This document shows positions 45,261 through 56,041 of a stretch of DNA of 64,000 bases, one piece after another. The stretch covers positions 512,001 to 576,000 of the forward strand of contig CBDIIB010000003.1 of NCBI GenBank assembly GCA_965279525.1, written 5' to 3'. The translations under genes and the position numbers were made by a program. The notes below the pieces were generated by a model, which saw nothing but the letters and a program-made list of their open reading frames with translations, had not been told where the DNA came from and ran no database searches. This DNA comes from Tagaea sp. GTDB lineage: Bacteria; Pseudomonadota; Alphaproteobacteria; CACIAM-22H2. How positions within the stretch are numbered: position 1 is the stretch's first letter; each line of letters opens with the position of its first letter.

Positions 45261-45821
45261 ATGTCCGCCAGCGCCGAAACCGAAGATCTCCGCCGCCGCA
45301 TGAACGCCTCGCTCGACGTCCTCAAGAAGGAGTTCGCGGGCCTGCGCACCGGCCGCGCGTCGGCCAACATGCTCGACCCCGTGACGGTCGAAGCCTATGG
45401 CAGCCAGATGCCGCTCTCGCAGTGCGCGACCGTCAGCGCGCCTGAAGCGCGCATGCTGACCGTCCAGGTCTGGGACAAGGGCCTGGTCAAGTCGGTCGAG
45501 AAGGCGATCCGCGAGGCCAATCTCGGCCTCAACCCGATGGCCGACGGCCAGATGCTGCGCATCCCGATGCCGCCGATGACCGAAGAGCGGCGCAAGGAGC
45601 TGCAGAAGGTCGCCAAGAACTACGCCGAGGCCGCCCGCGTGTCGGTGCGCAACGTGCGCCGCGAGGGCATGGACGCGCTCAAGGAACTGCTCAAGAAGAG
45701 CAAGATCACCGAAGACGACAGCCGCAAGGGCCAGACCGACATCCAGAACCTGACCGACGAGTTCATCAAGAAGGTGGACGAGACGGTCGCCGCCAAGGAA
45801 AAGGACATTCTCGCGGTCTGA
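45261..45821 (+). CDS. frr: Ribosome recycling factor
   Basis: [24 protein letters not shown]. Confidence 0.97.
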   Translation: MSASAETEDLRRRMNASLDVLKKEFAGLRTGRASANMLDPVTVEAYGSQMPLSQCATVSAPEARMLTVQVWDKGLVKSVEKAIREANLGLNPMADGQMLRIPMPPMTEERRKELQKVAKNYAEAARVSVRNVRREGMDALKELLKKSKITEDDSRKGQTDIQNLTDEFIKKVDETVAAKEKDILAV

Positions 45822-45865
45822 TCGAAGACCATCCCGCGAGAGATCCAACGGCCAGGGAACCCGCC

Positions 45866-46579
45866 ATGTCGCAGGGCAACATCCCCCAACATGTCGCCAT
45901 CATCATGGACGGCAACGGCCGCTGGGCGAAGGCGCGCGGGCTGCCGCGCGTGGCCGGGCACCGGCGCGGCGCCGACGCCGTGCGCAACGCCGTCGAGGCG
46001 GCGGGCGAACTGGGCGTGCGCTACCTGACGCTGTTCGGCTTCTCGTCCGAGAACTGGAAGCGGCCGGTCGACGAGATTTCCGACCTGATGGGCCTGCTGC
46101 GCCACTATCTGCGCAGCGAGATCGCCGAGCTCCATGCCAAGGGCGTGCGCGTGCGCGTGATCGGCGACCGCAAGCGCCTGCCGGCCGATGTCGTGGCGCT
46201 GGTCGAGAGTGCCGAGGAAACGACGCGCGCCAACACGCGCCTCGACCTGATCGTGGCGCTTTCCTACGGGGCGCGCGACGAGATCGTCGCCGCCGCGCGC
46301 GCACTCGCCGCGGCCGCGAAGCGCGGCGAGATCGCCCCCGAAGCCATCGACGAGACGATGTTCGAGGGCCGGCTTTTCACGGCCGGCATTCCCGACCCGG
46401 ATCTGCTCGTGCGCACGAGCGGCGAGAAGCGGATATCCAACTTCCTGCTCTGGCAGAGTGCGTATACCGAATTCGTGTTCCTCGACGTGCTCTGGCCGGA
46501 TTTCGGCCGCCGCGAGTTCGAGGCGGCGATCGCCGAATTCGGGCAGCGCGACCGGCGCTACGGCGCGGTGGTCGGGTGA
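45866..46579 (+). CDS. uppS: Undecaprenyl diphosphate synthase
   Basis: [36 protein letters not shown]. Confidence 0.97.
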   Translation: MSQGNIPQHVAIIMDGNGRWAKARGLPRVAGHRRGADAVRNAVEAAGELGVRYLTLFGFSSENWKRPVDEISDLMGLLRHYLRSEIAELHAKGVRVRVIGDRKRLPADVVALVESAEETTRANTRLDLIVALSYGARDEIVAAARALAAAAKRGEIAPEAIDETMFEGRLFTAGIPDPDLLVRTSGEKRISNFLLWQSAYTEFVFLDVLWPDFGRREFEAAIAEFGQRDRRYGAVVG

Positions 46580-47424
46580 ATTCCGCCGACCCGGCGCCGC
46601 CCGCTCCGGCCGGCCGCCTCTCGGGTCTGCGCAAGCGCGTTCTTTCGGCGCTCGTCCTTCTCGCGATCGCACTTGCCGGGCTTTTCTCCGGCCCGGCCGC
46701 GTTCGAGCTGCTGGTCGCAGTCGCAGGTGCCATCCTCGCGTGGGAATGGACGCGGCTGGTCGGCGCCGGGCGTTTCGGCCTCAGCGGTCTTGCGGTGGGT
46801 GGCGTCGTGCTGGCGAGCGGTGCCGTCGCCGCTGCCGGCCGGCCGGGCGAAGCACTTGCGATCGCCGCCGCCGGTGCGGTCGGCGTCTACCTCTTCGCGC
46901 GGGCGCGCGGGCGCATGCAGTGCGGATGGATCTCGGCGGGACCGATCTATATCGGCATTCCCGTCGTCTGCCTGATCTGGCTGCGCGGCGAGGACAATGC
47001 CGGGCTCGACGCGATCCTGTGGCTTCTTGCCAGCGTGTGGGCGACCGATACCGGGGCCTACTTCGCCGGCCGCGCGATCGGCGGGCCCAAGCTTGCGCCG
47101 CGCTTCTCGCCGAACAAGACATGGGCCGGCCTGTTCGGCGCGATGATCGCCGCGGCGATCGTCGGCTGGATCGGCAGCCGGCTTGTGCCGTTGGGACCGG
47201 CCGCCGGCCCACTCGCGGTTGCGGGTGCGGTGCTGGCCATCGTGGCACAGGGCGGCGACCTGCTCGAATCCGCCGTCAAACGCCGCTTCGGCGCCAAGGA
47301 TTCGAGCGCGCTCATCCCCGGTCACGGCGGCCTGTTCGACCGCGTGGACGGGCTGCTGACGGCCGCCGTCGCCTTCGCGCTGTTCCAGTGGGCGACCGAC
47401 GCGCGCGTGCTGACGTGGCCATGA
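46576..47424 (+). CDS. cdsA: Phosphatidate cytidylyltransferase
   Basis: [41 protein letters not shown]. Confidence 0.95.
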   Translation: MNSADPAPPAPAGRLSGLRKRVLSALVLLAIALAGLFSGPAAFELLVAVAGAILAWEWTRLVGAGRFGLSGLAVGGVVLASGAVAAAGRPGEALAIAAAGAVGVYLFARARGRMQCGWISAGPIYIGIPVVCLIWLRGEDNAGLDAILWLLASVWATDTGAYFAGRAIGGPKLAPRFSPNKTWAGLFGAMIAAAIVGWIGSRLVPLGPAAGPLAVAGAVLAIVAQGGDLLESAVKRRFGAKDSSALIPGHGGLFDRVDGLLTAAVAFALFQWATDARVLTWP

Positions 47425-48590
47425 AGCGGGTGACGATCCTCGGTTCGACCGGATCGGTCGGCCGCAACACCGTGGAACTCGTCGCTGCCGATCGCGACCG
47501 CTTTGCGGTAGAGGCGTTGGTCGCCAACCGCAATGTGGCCCTTCTTGCCGAACAGGCGCGCGCACTGGGTGCCCGGCGCGCGGTCGTGGCCGACGAAAGC
47601 GCTCTGGGCGACCTGCGCGCCGCACTTGCCGGCAGCGGCATCGAGGCGGCGGGCGGTGCCGCGGCCGTGGTCGAGGCGGCCGACATGCCCGCCGATATCG
47701 TCATGGCCGCGATCGTCGGGGCGGCGGGGCTTGCACCCACGCTTGCCGCAATCCGCCGGGGAGCGACGATCGGCTTGGCCAACAAGGAGACCCTGGTCTG
47801 TGCCGGCGCGCTCGTGACTGCTGAAGTCGTCCGCCACGGTGCCACGCTCATCCCCGTCGACAGCGAGCACAGCGCGATCTTCCAGGTGTTCGATGCGGCG
47901 CGGATCGATCGGATCGAGCGGGTGATCCTGACGGCGTCGGGTGGTCCTTTCCGGACCTGGTCGCGCGCGCGCATGGCCGACGTCACGCCGGCCCAGGCGG
48001 TGGCACATCCGAACTGGTCGATGGGTGCCAAGATCTCGGTCGATTCGGCGACGATGATGAACAAGGGCCTCGAGGTCATCGAAGCCTTCCACCTCTTCCC
48101 GGTCGGCGCCGAACGCATCGAGATCGTGGTGCACCCGCAATCGGTGATCCATTCCATGGTCGCCTATGTCGACGGCTCGGTGCTCGCCCAGCTCGGGACG
48201 CCGGACATGCGCATGCCGATTTCGCTGGCCTTGGCCTGGCCCGACCGGATGGCGACTCCGGGTGCCCGGCTCGATTTCGCGCAAATGGCGAACCTGACCT
48301 TCGAAGCACCTGATCCGGAAAGGTTTCCAGCGATTTCTTTGGCCCGGCACGCCTTGCAACTGGGTGGCGCCAACCCTACTATCCTTAACGCCGCGAACGA
48401 GATCGCGGTGGCGGCCTTTCTTGCCGGACGGATCGGGTTTCTCGACATCGTCGCCATGGTCGAGGCGACGCTCGAGGCCTACCGGCCGCCGGCACCCTCC
48501 AGCATCGCCGATGTCGTGACGATCGATGCCGAAGCCCGCCTGCAGGCCGAACGGCTGATCGCGGCGGGGCCGGACCGTCGTCGCAACTGA
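47421..48590 (+). CDS. dxr: 1-deoxy-D-xylulose-5-phosphate reductoisomerase
   Basis: [36 protein letters not shown]. Confidence 0.97.
   Translation: MKRVTILGSTGSVGRNTVELVAADRDRFAVEALVANRNVALLAEQARALGARRAVVADESALGDLRAALAGSGIEAAGGAAAVVEAADMPADIVMAAIVGAAGLAPTLAAIRRGATIGLANKETLVCAGALVTAEVVRHGATLIPVDSEHSAIFQVFDAARIDRIERVILTASGGPFRTWSRARMADVTPAQAVAHPNWSMGAKISVDSATMMNKGLEVIEAFHLFPVGAERIEIVVHPQSVIHSMVAYVDGSVLAQLGTPDMRMPISLALAWPDRMATPGARLDFAQMANLTFEAPDPERFPAISLARHALQLGGANPTILNAANEIAVAAFLAGRIGFLDIVAMVEATLEAYRPPAPSSIADVVTIDAEARLQAERLIAAGPDRRRN
48354..48382 (+). promoter_or_regulatory. Internal sigma70 promoter candidate within dxr (for rseP)
   Basis: TTGCAA-N17-TACTAT in a patch of atypical AT-rich synonymous codons. 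Confidence 0.5.
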
Positions 48591-48625
48591 ACCAGCCCTG
48601 AAGTCAGCCGAAAGCCGAAGCTCCG

Positions 48626-49747
48626 ATGTCGATCGCCGAATACCTGATCCCGTTCCTGGTCGTGCTCAGCGTGCTCGTGTTCGTGCACGAGCTCGGCCAT
48701 TTCTGGGTGGCGCGGCGCTGCGGGGTGAAGGTCGAGGTGTTCTCGATCGGGTTCGGGCGCGAGATCTTCGGCTGGAACGACCGCCACGGCACGCGCTGGA
48801 AGGTCTCGTGGCTGCCGCTGGGCGGCTACGTGAAGATGTTCGGCGATTCCGACGTCGCGTCGTCGCCGTCGGCCGAGGTTGCCGGAATGTCGCCGGAAGA
48901 CCGGTCGCGCTCGTTCTTCCACAAGACATTGGGGCAGCGTTCGGCCATCGTGATCGCGGGGCCGGCCGCCAATTTCCTGCTCGCGATCGTGCTGCTCGCC
49001 GGCATGTTCGCGTTCGTGGGCCAGCCTTTCACCCCGCCGGAAGTCGGCGGCGTGCTGCCCGGATCGGCTGCCGAGCGTGCCGGCATCCTGGCCGGCGATC
49101 GCATCGCCGCCATCGACGGATCGCGCATCGAACGGTTCGAGGACATCCAGCGCATCGTCCAGCTCAATCTCGACCGGCGCCTTTCGATGACGGTCGAGCG
49201 GGGCGGGGCGAGCGTCGATCTCGACGTGACGCCGGTCGTGATCGAGGAAACCGACCGGTCCGGCAACGTGATGCGCGTCGCGCGGCTCGGGATCCGCGGT
49301 CAGGGAATGGCATTCAAGAAGCACAATCCGGCCGAAGCGGTCTGGCGTGCGACACAGGAAACCTGGAACCAGACCGCCGGGACGCTGAAGGCGCTCGGCC
49401 AGATGATCGGCGGAAGCCGCGGGACCGAGGAGCTTGGCGGACCGATCCGGATCGCCAAAATGTCTGGCGAGGTGGCGCAAGGCGGCATCGGCAGCCTGCT
49501 GCTTTTCATGGCGGTGCTTTCGATCAATCTCGGCCTTATCAATATTTTCCCAATTCCGATGCTCGACGGCGGCCATCTCGTGCTTTATGCCGCCGAGGCG
49601 ATTCGCGGTCGCCCGCTACCGCCCCGCGCTGTCGAATACGGTTTCCGTATCGGATTTGCTTTGGTAATAAGCCTGATGGTGTTTGCGACCTGGAACGACC
49701 TCGTCCACACGGGCGTGGTGCGGTTTCTGGTCGGACTCGTCTCGTGA
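48626..49747 (+). CDS. rseP: RIP metalloprotease RseP
   Basis: HELGH, PLGGYVKM, AGPAAN, PDZ domain, NIFPIPMLDGG. Confidence 0.96.
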   Translation: MSIAEYLIPFLVVLSVLVFVHELGHFWVARRCGVKVEVFSIGFGREIFGWNDRHGTRWKVSWLPLGGYVKMFGDSDVASSPSAEVAGMSPEDRSRSFFHKTLGQRSAIVIAGPAANFLLAIVLLAGMFAFVGQPFTPPEVGGVLPGSAAERAGILAGDRIAAIDGSRIERFEDIQRIVQLNLDRRLSMTVERGGASVDLDVTPVVIEETDRSGNVMRVARLGIRGQGMAFKKHNPAEAVWRATQETWNQTAGTLKALGQMIGGSRGTEELGGPIRIAKMSGEVAQGGIGSLLLFMAVLSINLGLINIFPIPMLDGGHLVLYAAEAIRGRPLPPRAVEYGFRIGFALVISLMVFATWNDLVHTGVVRFLVGLVS

Positions 49748-49828
49748 ACGGCGCATCTCGTGATTTACGCGTGGGCTTCGGCTAAGCTACTCGTGAATCG
49801 GGCTTTTGGGATCGGAACTCGGAACAGC

Positions 49829-52183
49829 ATGAACGTGATCGCGACGACCGTTTTCAGGGCGCGGAAGTGTGTTTGCGCGATCGCCGTCTTGCTGGGACTC
49901 GGCCTGTTTCCGGTCCTGCCGACCGGTCCGGCCCTGGCGCAGTTCGCGACGCCGCGCGGCGTTGTCGGCGGCCCGGTCGGTGAAATCCGGATCGACGGCA
50001 CGCAACGCATCGCACCGGAAACCGTGCGGGCCTACCTCACCGTTCAGCCAGGCGAGGCGGCAGACGCCGAGCAGCTCGACCGTTCGCTGAAGGCGCTTTT
50101 CGGCACCGGCCTGTTCGCCGACGTCGCCATCCGGCAGGAGGGTCCGACCCTCGTCGTGCGGGTCGTCGAGAACCCGATCGTCAACCGCATCGCCTTCGAA
50201 GGCAACAAGCGGATGAAGGACGAGACGCTCACGCCGGAGATCACCTTGCGTCCGCGGACCGTGTTCACGCGCGCGAAGGTCCAGACGGACGTGAAGCGCC
50301 TGCAGGACATCTACCGCCGATCGGGGCGTTTTGCCGCGACGATCGAACCGAAGGTCATCCAGCTTCCCCAAAATCGCGTCGATCTCGTGTTCGAGATCGA
50401 AGAAGGCCAGGTCACCGGCGTCCAGCGCATCAATTTCGTCGGCAACCGCACCTTCGCCGACGGCACGCTGCGTGAGCAGATCCAGACGCGCGAATCCCGC
50501 TGGTACCGGTTCCTGTCGACAGACGACGTCTACGACCCGGACCGTCTCTCCTACGACCGCGAGCTGCTGCGCAAGTACTACCTGTCCTACGGCTACGCCG
50601 ATTTCCGCGTCGTCTCCGCGATCGCCGAGCTCAGCCCGGATCGCGAAGGCTTCTACGTGACCTTCACGATCGAGGAGGGCGAGCGCTACCGCTTCGGCGG
50701 CATCGACGTGTCGTCCCAGCTTCGCGATCTCAAGGTCGAGGACCTGAAGTCGCGCGTGCGCACCAAGGAAGGCTCCTGGTACGACGCCGACCTCGTCGAC
50801 GGGACGGTGACCGCCCTGACGGAGTTCGCGGGCTCGGCAGGCTACGCGTTCGTCGAAGTGCGTCCGCGCGTGCAGCGCGACCGCGAGGCGCGCACGGTCT
50901 CGATCGTCTACGAGATCCAGGAAGGCCCGCGCGTCTATGTCGAGCGCATCAACATCGTCGGGAACGTCCGCACGGTCGACAAGGTGATCCGCCGCGAAGT
51001 GGCGCTCGTCGAGGGCGACGCGTTCAACACCTCGAAGATGCGCACCAGCCGCCGGCGGATCCAGAACCTCCAGTTCTTCGATCGTGTCGAGGTGACGAAC
51101 GTGCCGGGCGAAAGCCCCGACCGCACGGTCGTCAATGTCGAGGTCAACGAGAAATCGACGGGCGAGCTTTCGTTCGGCATCGGTTTCTCGACGGCTGACG
51201 GCCCGTTGCTCGACGCGTCGATCCGCGAACGCAACCTTCTCGGCCGCGGCCAGGACATCCGCATCGGCGGCACGCTTTCAGGGCGCCGCAACCAGATCGA
51301 TCTCAGCTTCACGAGTCCGTATTTCCTCGACCGCAACATGTCGGCCGGGTTCGACGTCTTCCACATCAAGCGGGATTTCCAGCGCGAAGCCGGCTACGAT
51401 TTCCAGTCGACCGGCTTCGTCGTGCGCAACGGCTACGCGCTGTCGGAATACCTCAAGCAGCAGGTCCGCTATACGCTGCGCAGCGACGACATCACGTCGG
51501 TCAATCCTCTCGCCAGTTCGATCATCCTCGACGCCCAGGGCGCCGTCCTGCAGTCCGGCTTCGGGCACACGACGACGTTCGATCGGCGCGACGACTCGTA
51601 CGATCCCACCGACGGTTATGCGATCAAGCTCAGCAACGACGTCGCCGGCGTCGGGGGCGACGCGAAGTTCCTGAAATCGTCGCTCGCGGGCCAGTACTAT
51701 TATCCGATCGCGCCGGAATACGTGTTCGCGCTCGTCGGCGAAGTCTCGAACATCTTCGGCTATTCGGGCGATGTCGTGCGTCTGCAGAACCGTTTCCAGC
51801 TCGGCGGCGACAATTTCCGCGGCTTCCGGACGCAAGGTCTCGGTCCGCGCGACCAGGCCACCGGCAATCCGCTGGGCGGCAACATGCTTTATTCGGGCTC
51901 GGCGGAGCTCCAGTTCCCGACCGGCATGCCGCGGGAATTCGGCTTGCGCGGCACGTTGTTCAGCGATTTCGGCTCGCTGTCGAAATTCGACCGCCCGCCC
52001 GCCGGGCGACCGGGCGCCACGGCGACGGTGGACGATTCGAGCCAGGCGCGCGTGTCGATCGGTACGGGGCTCAACTGGCGCTCGCCGTTCGGCCCCGTCC
52101 GGATTTCTCTCGCCAAGGCGATCATCAAAGAGGAATTCGACCGGACCGAGCTGTTCCGTTTCTCTTTCGGTTCGCGATTCTAG
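49829..52183 (+). CDS. bamA: Outer membrane protein assembly factor BamA (start uncertain)
   Basis: POTRA repeats, FRGF (VRGF-like) loop, WRSPFGP, C-terminal FRFSFGSRF. Confidence 0.96.
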   Translation: MNVIATTVFRARKCVCAIAVLLGLGLFPVLPTGPALAQFATPRGVVGGPVGEIRIDGTQRIAPETVRAYLTVQPGEAADAEQLDRSLKALFGTGLFADVAIRQEGPTLVVRVVENPIVNRIAFEGNKRMKDETLTPEITLRPRTVFTRAKVQTDVKRLQDIYRRSGRFAATIEPKVIQLPQNRVDLVFEIEEGQVTGVQRINFVGNRTFADGTLREQIQTRESRWYRFLSTDDVYDPDRLSYDRELLRKYYLSYGYADFRVVSAIAELSPDREGFYVTFTIEEGERYRFGGIDVSSQLRDLKVEDLKSRVRTKEGSWYDADLVDGTVTALTEFAGSAGYAFVEVRPRVQRDREARTVSIVYEIQEGPRVYVERINIVGNVRTVDKVIRREVALVEGDAFNTSKMRTSRRRIQNLQFFDRVEVTNVPGESPDRTVVNVEVNEKSTGELSFGIGFSTADGPLLDASIRERNLLGRGQDIRIGGTLSGRRNQIDLSFTSPYFLDRNMSAGFDVFHIKRDFQREAGYDFQSTGFVVRNGYALSEYLKQQVRYTLRSDDITSVNPLASSIILDAQGAVLQSGFGHTTTFDRRDDSYDPTDGYAIKLSNDVAGVGGDAKFLKSSLAGQYYYPIAPEYVFALVGEVSNIFGYSGDVVRLQNRFQLGGDNFRGFRTQGLGPRDQATGNPLGGNMLYSGSAELQFPTGMPREFGLRGTLFSDFGSLSKFDRPPAGRPGATATVDDSSQARVSIGTGLNWRSPFGPVRISLAKAIIKEEFDRTELFRFSFGSRF

Positions 52184-52194
52184 GTCCTGAAGGA

Positions 52195-52857
52195 ATGCAG
52201 AAAATGATCATCCGACCGGTTCGTGCGGCCTTCGCGCGATTCCTCGCCGTTGCAGGCATCGGCTTCGTCGTGTTCGCGATTTCGGCGGCGCAGGCGCAGC
52301 AGCCGACGACGCCCCGGCCAGCACCCGCCCAGCCGCGCGCGCAGCCGGCCGCCCCGGCCGCCGCACCGGCATTGTCGACGGAGCTTCCGCCCAAGGGGAC
52401 GCCCGTCGTCTTTTTCGACGTCGATGCCGTGATGCGCACTTCGACTGCCATGCAGAACATCAATACCCAGGCCGAGCGCCAGCGCAGCGCGCTGCAGGCG
52501 GACGCGACGCGCCAGGAAGGCGATCTGCGCAAGGCGGAGGAAGACCTGTCCAACCAGCGCAACGTGCTGTCGGCGGACGCGTTCACCCAGCGGCGCCGCG
52601 ATTTCGAGAACCGGGTGGGGACGGTCCAGCAGCAGCTGCAGACGCGCCGCCGGAATCTCGAGCAGAATTACAGCGATACCGCCGCCCGCGTGCAGCAGGC
52701 CCTCACCGAGAGCGTGATCGAAGTGATGAACGAGCAGGAGTACCAGATGGTGATTCCCAACACGTTCATTTTCGTCGCTCGTTCGGCACTCGACATTTCA
52801 GGCGAGGTTTCCCGCCGCCTGAACCGTCGGTTGCCGACGGCATCGATGCCGAACTGA
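52195..52857 (+). CDS. skp: OmpH/Skp periplasmic chaperone
   Basis: Signal peptide, coiled-coil body, C-terminal LDIS..V..RLN; sits between bamA and lpxD. Confidence 0.85.
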   Translation: MQKMIIRPVRAAFARFLAVAGIGFVVFAISAAQAQQPTTPRPAPAQPRAQPAAPAAAPALSTELPPKGTPVVFFDVDAVMRTSTAMQNINTQAERQRSALQADATRQEGDLRKAEEDLSNQRNVLSADAFTQRRRDFENRVGTVQQQLQTRRRNLEQNYSDTAARVQQALTESVIEVMNEQEYQMVIPNTFIFVARSALDISGEVSRRLNRRLPTASMPN

Positions 52858-52867
52858 CCGTCGGGCG

Positions 52868-53911
52868 ATGGCGGACCGGCGCTTCCATCGCCATGCCGGC
52901 ACCCTCCGTCTTGCCGACATCGCAAGGATAACGGGCGCAGAGCCGCCCGCCGGCAGCGATCCGGACAGGCCGTTCGACGACGTGCGCGCCCTCGACGATG
53001 CGGGCCAGCAGGACGTGACGTTTCTCGAGAACCGGAAATATCTGGCGGCGCTGTCCCGGACCAAGGCCGGCGCATGCCTTATCCATCCTTCGCTCGCCGG
53101 ACGCGTTCCGGCCGGCTGCATGGCCCTCGTGACGCGCAACGCCTATCGGGCCTATGCCCTGCTGGCGGCCGCATTCCATCCGCCGCCGCCGCCGCCGTCG
53201 GGCGTGCATGCAAGCGCGCATGTCGATCCGACGGCCGTTCTGGAGCCCGGCGTTTCGATCGGTCCGAATGCCGTGATCCTCGCAGGCGCACGACTGGGCA
53301 AGGACGTGCGCATCGGCCCCGGTGCTACGGTCGGCGAGAATGTCGAGCTGGGCGAGGGCTGCTCCGTCGGTTCCAACGCGTCGATCAGCCATGCCGTCGT
53401 CGGCGCGCGGACGAACATCTATCCGGGTGCGCGGATCGGGCAGGACGGCTTCGGGTTCGTGCCCGATGCGGCCGGGCACCTGAAGGTGCCGCAGCTCGGC
53501 ATCGTGCGCATCGGCAACGACTGTGAGATCGGCGCCAACAGCTGCATCGATCGCGGCAGCGCTTCCGATACCGTCGTCGGCGACGGCACATGGATAGACA
53601 ATCTGGTGCAGATCGGGCACAACGTGAAGCTCGGTCCCGGCTGCGTGATCGTGGCCCAGGTCGGCATTTCGGGGTCGACCGAGCTTGGTGCGCTGGTCCA
53701 GGCGGGCGGACAGGCAGGCCTGTCGGGCCACCTCAGGATCGGCGACGGGGTCAAGATCGTCGCGCAGTCCGGCGTGCATCGCGACATCGAAGCCGGCGGC
53801 ATCGTGGGCGGTTCGCCGGCGGTGCCCGTCGGAGAATGGCGGCGCCAGGCCGCCGCATTGCGCCGGATGGTGCGCAACGAAAAACCGGAAGACGGCGAGG
53901 GGGATACGTGA
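52868..53911 (+). CDS. lpxD: UDP-3-O-acylglucosamine N-acyltransferase
   Basis: Hexapeptide repeats, [22 protein letters not shown]. Confidence 0.96.
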   Translation: MADRRFHRHAGTLRLADIARITGAEPPAGSDPDRPFDDVRALDDAGQQDVTFLENRKYLAALSRTKAGACLIHPSLAGRVPAGCMALVTRNAYRAYALLAAAFHPPPPPPSGVHASAHVDPTAVLEPGVSIGPNAVILAGARLGKDVRIGPGATVGENVELGEGCSVGSNASISHAVVGARTNIYPGARIGQDGFGFVPDAAGHLKVPQLGIVRIGNDCEIGANSCIDRGSASDTVVGDGTWIDNLVQIGHNVKLGPGCVIVAQVGISGSTELGALVQAGGQAGLSGHLRIGDGVKIVAQSGVHRDIEAGGIVGGSPAVPVGEWRRQAAALRRMVRNEKPEDGEGDT

Positions 53912-54381
53912 ACGAAGCCAATCCGCAACCGCCGGAGACCGGCGAGACGATCGAAGTCCTGCGGATCATGGACATGATCCCGCATCGATATCCGTTCCTG
54001 CTGATCGACCGGGTCGTCGAGGCCATCCGCGACAAGAGTGCCGTCGGCATCAAGAACGTGACGATGGGCGAACCGTTTTTCCAGGGACATTTCCCGGGAC
54101 GGCCGATCATGCCGGGTGTCCTGATCGTCGAGGCCATGGCGCAGACGGCGGGCATCCTCGTCGTCCACACGCTCGGGCCGGAATCGGAAGGCAAACTCGT
54201 CTACTTCATGACGATCGACGAAGCGCGCTTCCGCCGTCCCGTCACGCCGGGCGACCAGCTGCGCATCCACGTGACGAAAGAGCGCTCGCGCGGCAACGTC
54301 TGGAAGTTCGTCGGCGAGGCGAAGGTCGACGGCGTGCGCGTGGCCGAGGCCACGTTCTCGGCGATGATCGTGGACCGGTGA
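53908..54381 (+). CDS. fabZ: 3-hydroxyacyl-ACP dehydratase (GTG start)
   Basis: [31 protein letters not shown]. Confidence 0.96.
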   Translation: MNEANPQPPETGETIEVLRIMDMIPHRYPFLLIDRVVEAIRDKSAVGIKNVTMGEPFFQGHFPGRPIMPGVLIVEAMAQTAGILVVHTLGPESEGKLVYFMTIDEARFRRPVTPGDQLRIHVTKERSRGNVWKFVGEAKVDGVRVAEATFSAMIVDR

Positions 54382-55205
54382 TGGATACGGGAATGGCCCA
54401 GGACGAGACTTTCGTCCATCCGTCCGCGATCGTCGAGCCGGGCGCCACGCTCGGCAAGGGCGTCCGGGTCGGGCCGTTCTGCACCGTGGGCAAGTCGGCC
54501 GTGCTGCACGACGGCGTCGAACTCATCAGCCACGTCGTGATCGCCGGCCAGACCGAGATCGGCGCGCGCACGAAGATCTACCCGTTCACGTCGCTTGGCC
54601 ACCCGCCGCAGGACCTGAAATACAAGGGCGAGCCGACGCGACTGCTGATCGGCGAAGACAACATCATCCGCGAACACGTCACGATGAACCCCGGTACAGC
54701 CGGCGGGAAGTTCCTGACGCGCGTCGGCTCGCGCTGCCTGTTCATGGTCGGCGCGCATGTCGCGCACGACTGCATGGTCGGCGACAGCGTCGTCATGGTG
54801 AACAGCGCCACGCTGGGCGGCCACGTGAATGTCGGCGATTTTGCGATTCTCGGTGGCATCTCCGCGATCCACCAGTACGTGCGCATCGGCAAGCACGCGA
54901 TGATCGGCGGCATGACCGGCGTGGAGGGTGACGTCATCCCCTACGGCCTCGTGATGGGCGACCGGGCGCGGCTGCAGGGCCTCAACATCATCGGTCTCAA
55001 GCGTCGCGGATTCAGCCGCGAGCAGATCCACGACCTGCGCACGGCCTACCGGCTGCTGTTCGCCCAGGAAGGCACGATGGCCGAGCGTCTCGAGGACGTC
55101 TCGTCGATCTACGGCAAGGCCGCGGCGGTGCTGGAGATCGTCGATTTCATCCGCGGCGCCAACAACCGCGCGATCTGCCTGCCCAAAGCCGACGCCACCT
55201 TGTGA
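54381..55205 (+). CDS. lpxA: UDP-N-acetylglucosamine acyltransferase
   Basis: [36 protein letters not shown]. Confidence 0.96.
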   Translation: MDTGMAQDETFVHPSAIVEPGATLGKGVRVGPFCTVGKSAVLHDGVELISHVVIAGQTEIGARTKIYPFTSLGHPPQDLKYKGEPTRLLIGEDNIIREHVTMNPGTAGGKFLTRVGSRCLFMVGAHVAHDCMVGDSVVMVNSATLGGHVNVGDFAILGGISAIHQYVRIGKHAMIGGMTGVEGDVIPYGLVMGDRARLQGLNIIGLKRRGFSREQIHDLRTAYRLLFAQEGTMAERLEDVSSIYGKAAAVLEIVDFIRGANNRAICLPKADATL

Positions 55206-56041
55206 GCGGAGCACTCGCCAGCCCCGACCGGGCCGCGGCGGGGCACCGGAAGCTCGCGATCCTCGCCGGCGGCGGCACGTTGCCCCGGGCACTTGCCGAC
55301 GCGGCACTGGCGCAGGGCCGGCCCGTCCATATCCTCGCCTTTGCCGGCTTTTGCGAGCCTTCGACCTATGCCGGCCTGCCGCACGACATCGTGCCAATCG
55401 CGAAGGTCGGCCGGCTGTTCGACCGCATGCGGGCCGCCGGCTGCGCCGATGCGGTGCTTGCCGGTCCGGTACGGCGACCGGGCCCGTCGCAGCTCGGCTG
55501 CGATCTTGTCGGCTTCATCACGCTGCTGCGGTTGCTGCCGGTCTGGGCGGGCGATGCGTCGCTTCTGTCGCGCATCCTCGAGATCATCGAGGCCGAAGGC
55601 TTCCGCGCGCTTGGCGCCCACGAGATCCTGCCGGCGCTGCTCGCAGGTACCGGTGTCATGGGACGGCACGTGCCGGACGAAGCGGCCCTTGCCGATATCG
55701 CCGCGGGCATGCGGGCTGCCCGCGCGCTGGGACGTCGCCAGCGCGGCCAGGCCGTGATCGTGCGCGACGGGCGCACGCTGGCCGAGGAGGGGCGCAAGGG
55801 GACTTCCGCCCTGCTGGACGCCGAGGCACGCGGCGCCGTGCTCGTGAAGGCGGCGATGCCAGGGCAAGACCGACGTGTCGACCTGCCGACGATCGGGCCG
55901 GAAACGGTGACGCAGGCGCGCCGGGCGGGATTGCGCGGGATCGCGGTCGAGGCCGGCGAAGCGCTGGTGCTGGATCGTGCCACGACTGTCGCCGCAGCCG
56001 ACGAGGCCGGCCTGTTCCTGTTCGGCGTGCAGGCGCCATGA
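55202..56041 (+). CDS. lpxI: UDP-2,3-diacylglucosamine diphosphatase LpxI (divergent)
   Basis: [10 protein letters not shown]-terminus, [21 protein letters not shown]; position between lpxA and lpxB. Confidence 0.88.
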   Translation: MSGALASPDRAAAGHRKLAILAGGGTLPRALADAALAQGRPVHILAFAGFCEPSTYAGLPHDIVPIAKVGRLFDRMRAAGCADAVLAGPVRRPGPSQLGCDLVGFITLLRLLPVWAGDASLLSRILEIIEAEGFRALGAHEILPALLAGTGVMGRHVPDEAALADIAAGMRAARALGRRQRGQAVIVRDGRTLAEEGRKGTSALLDAEARGAVLVKAAMPGQDRRVDLPTIGPETVTQARRAGLRGIAVEAGEALVLDRATTVAAADEAGLFLFGVQAP

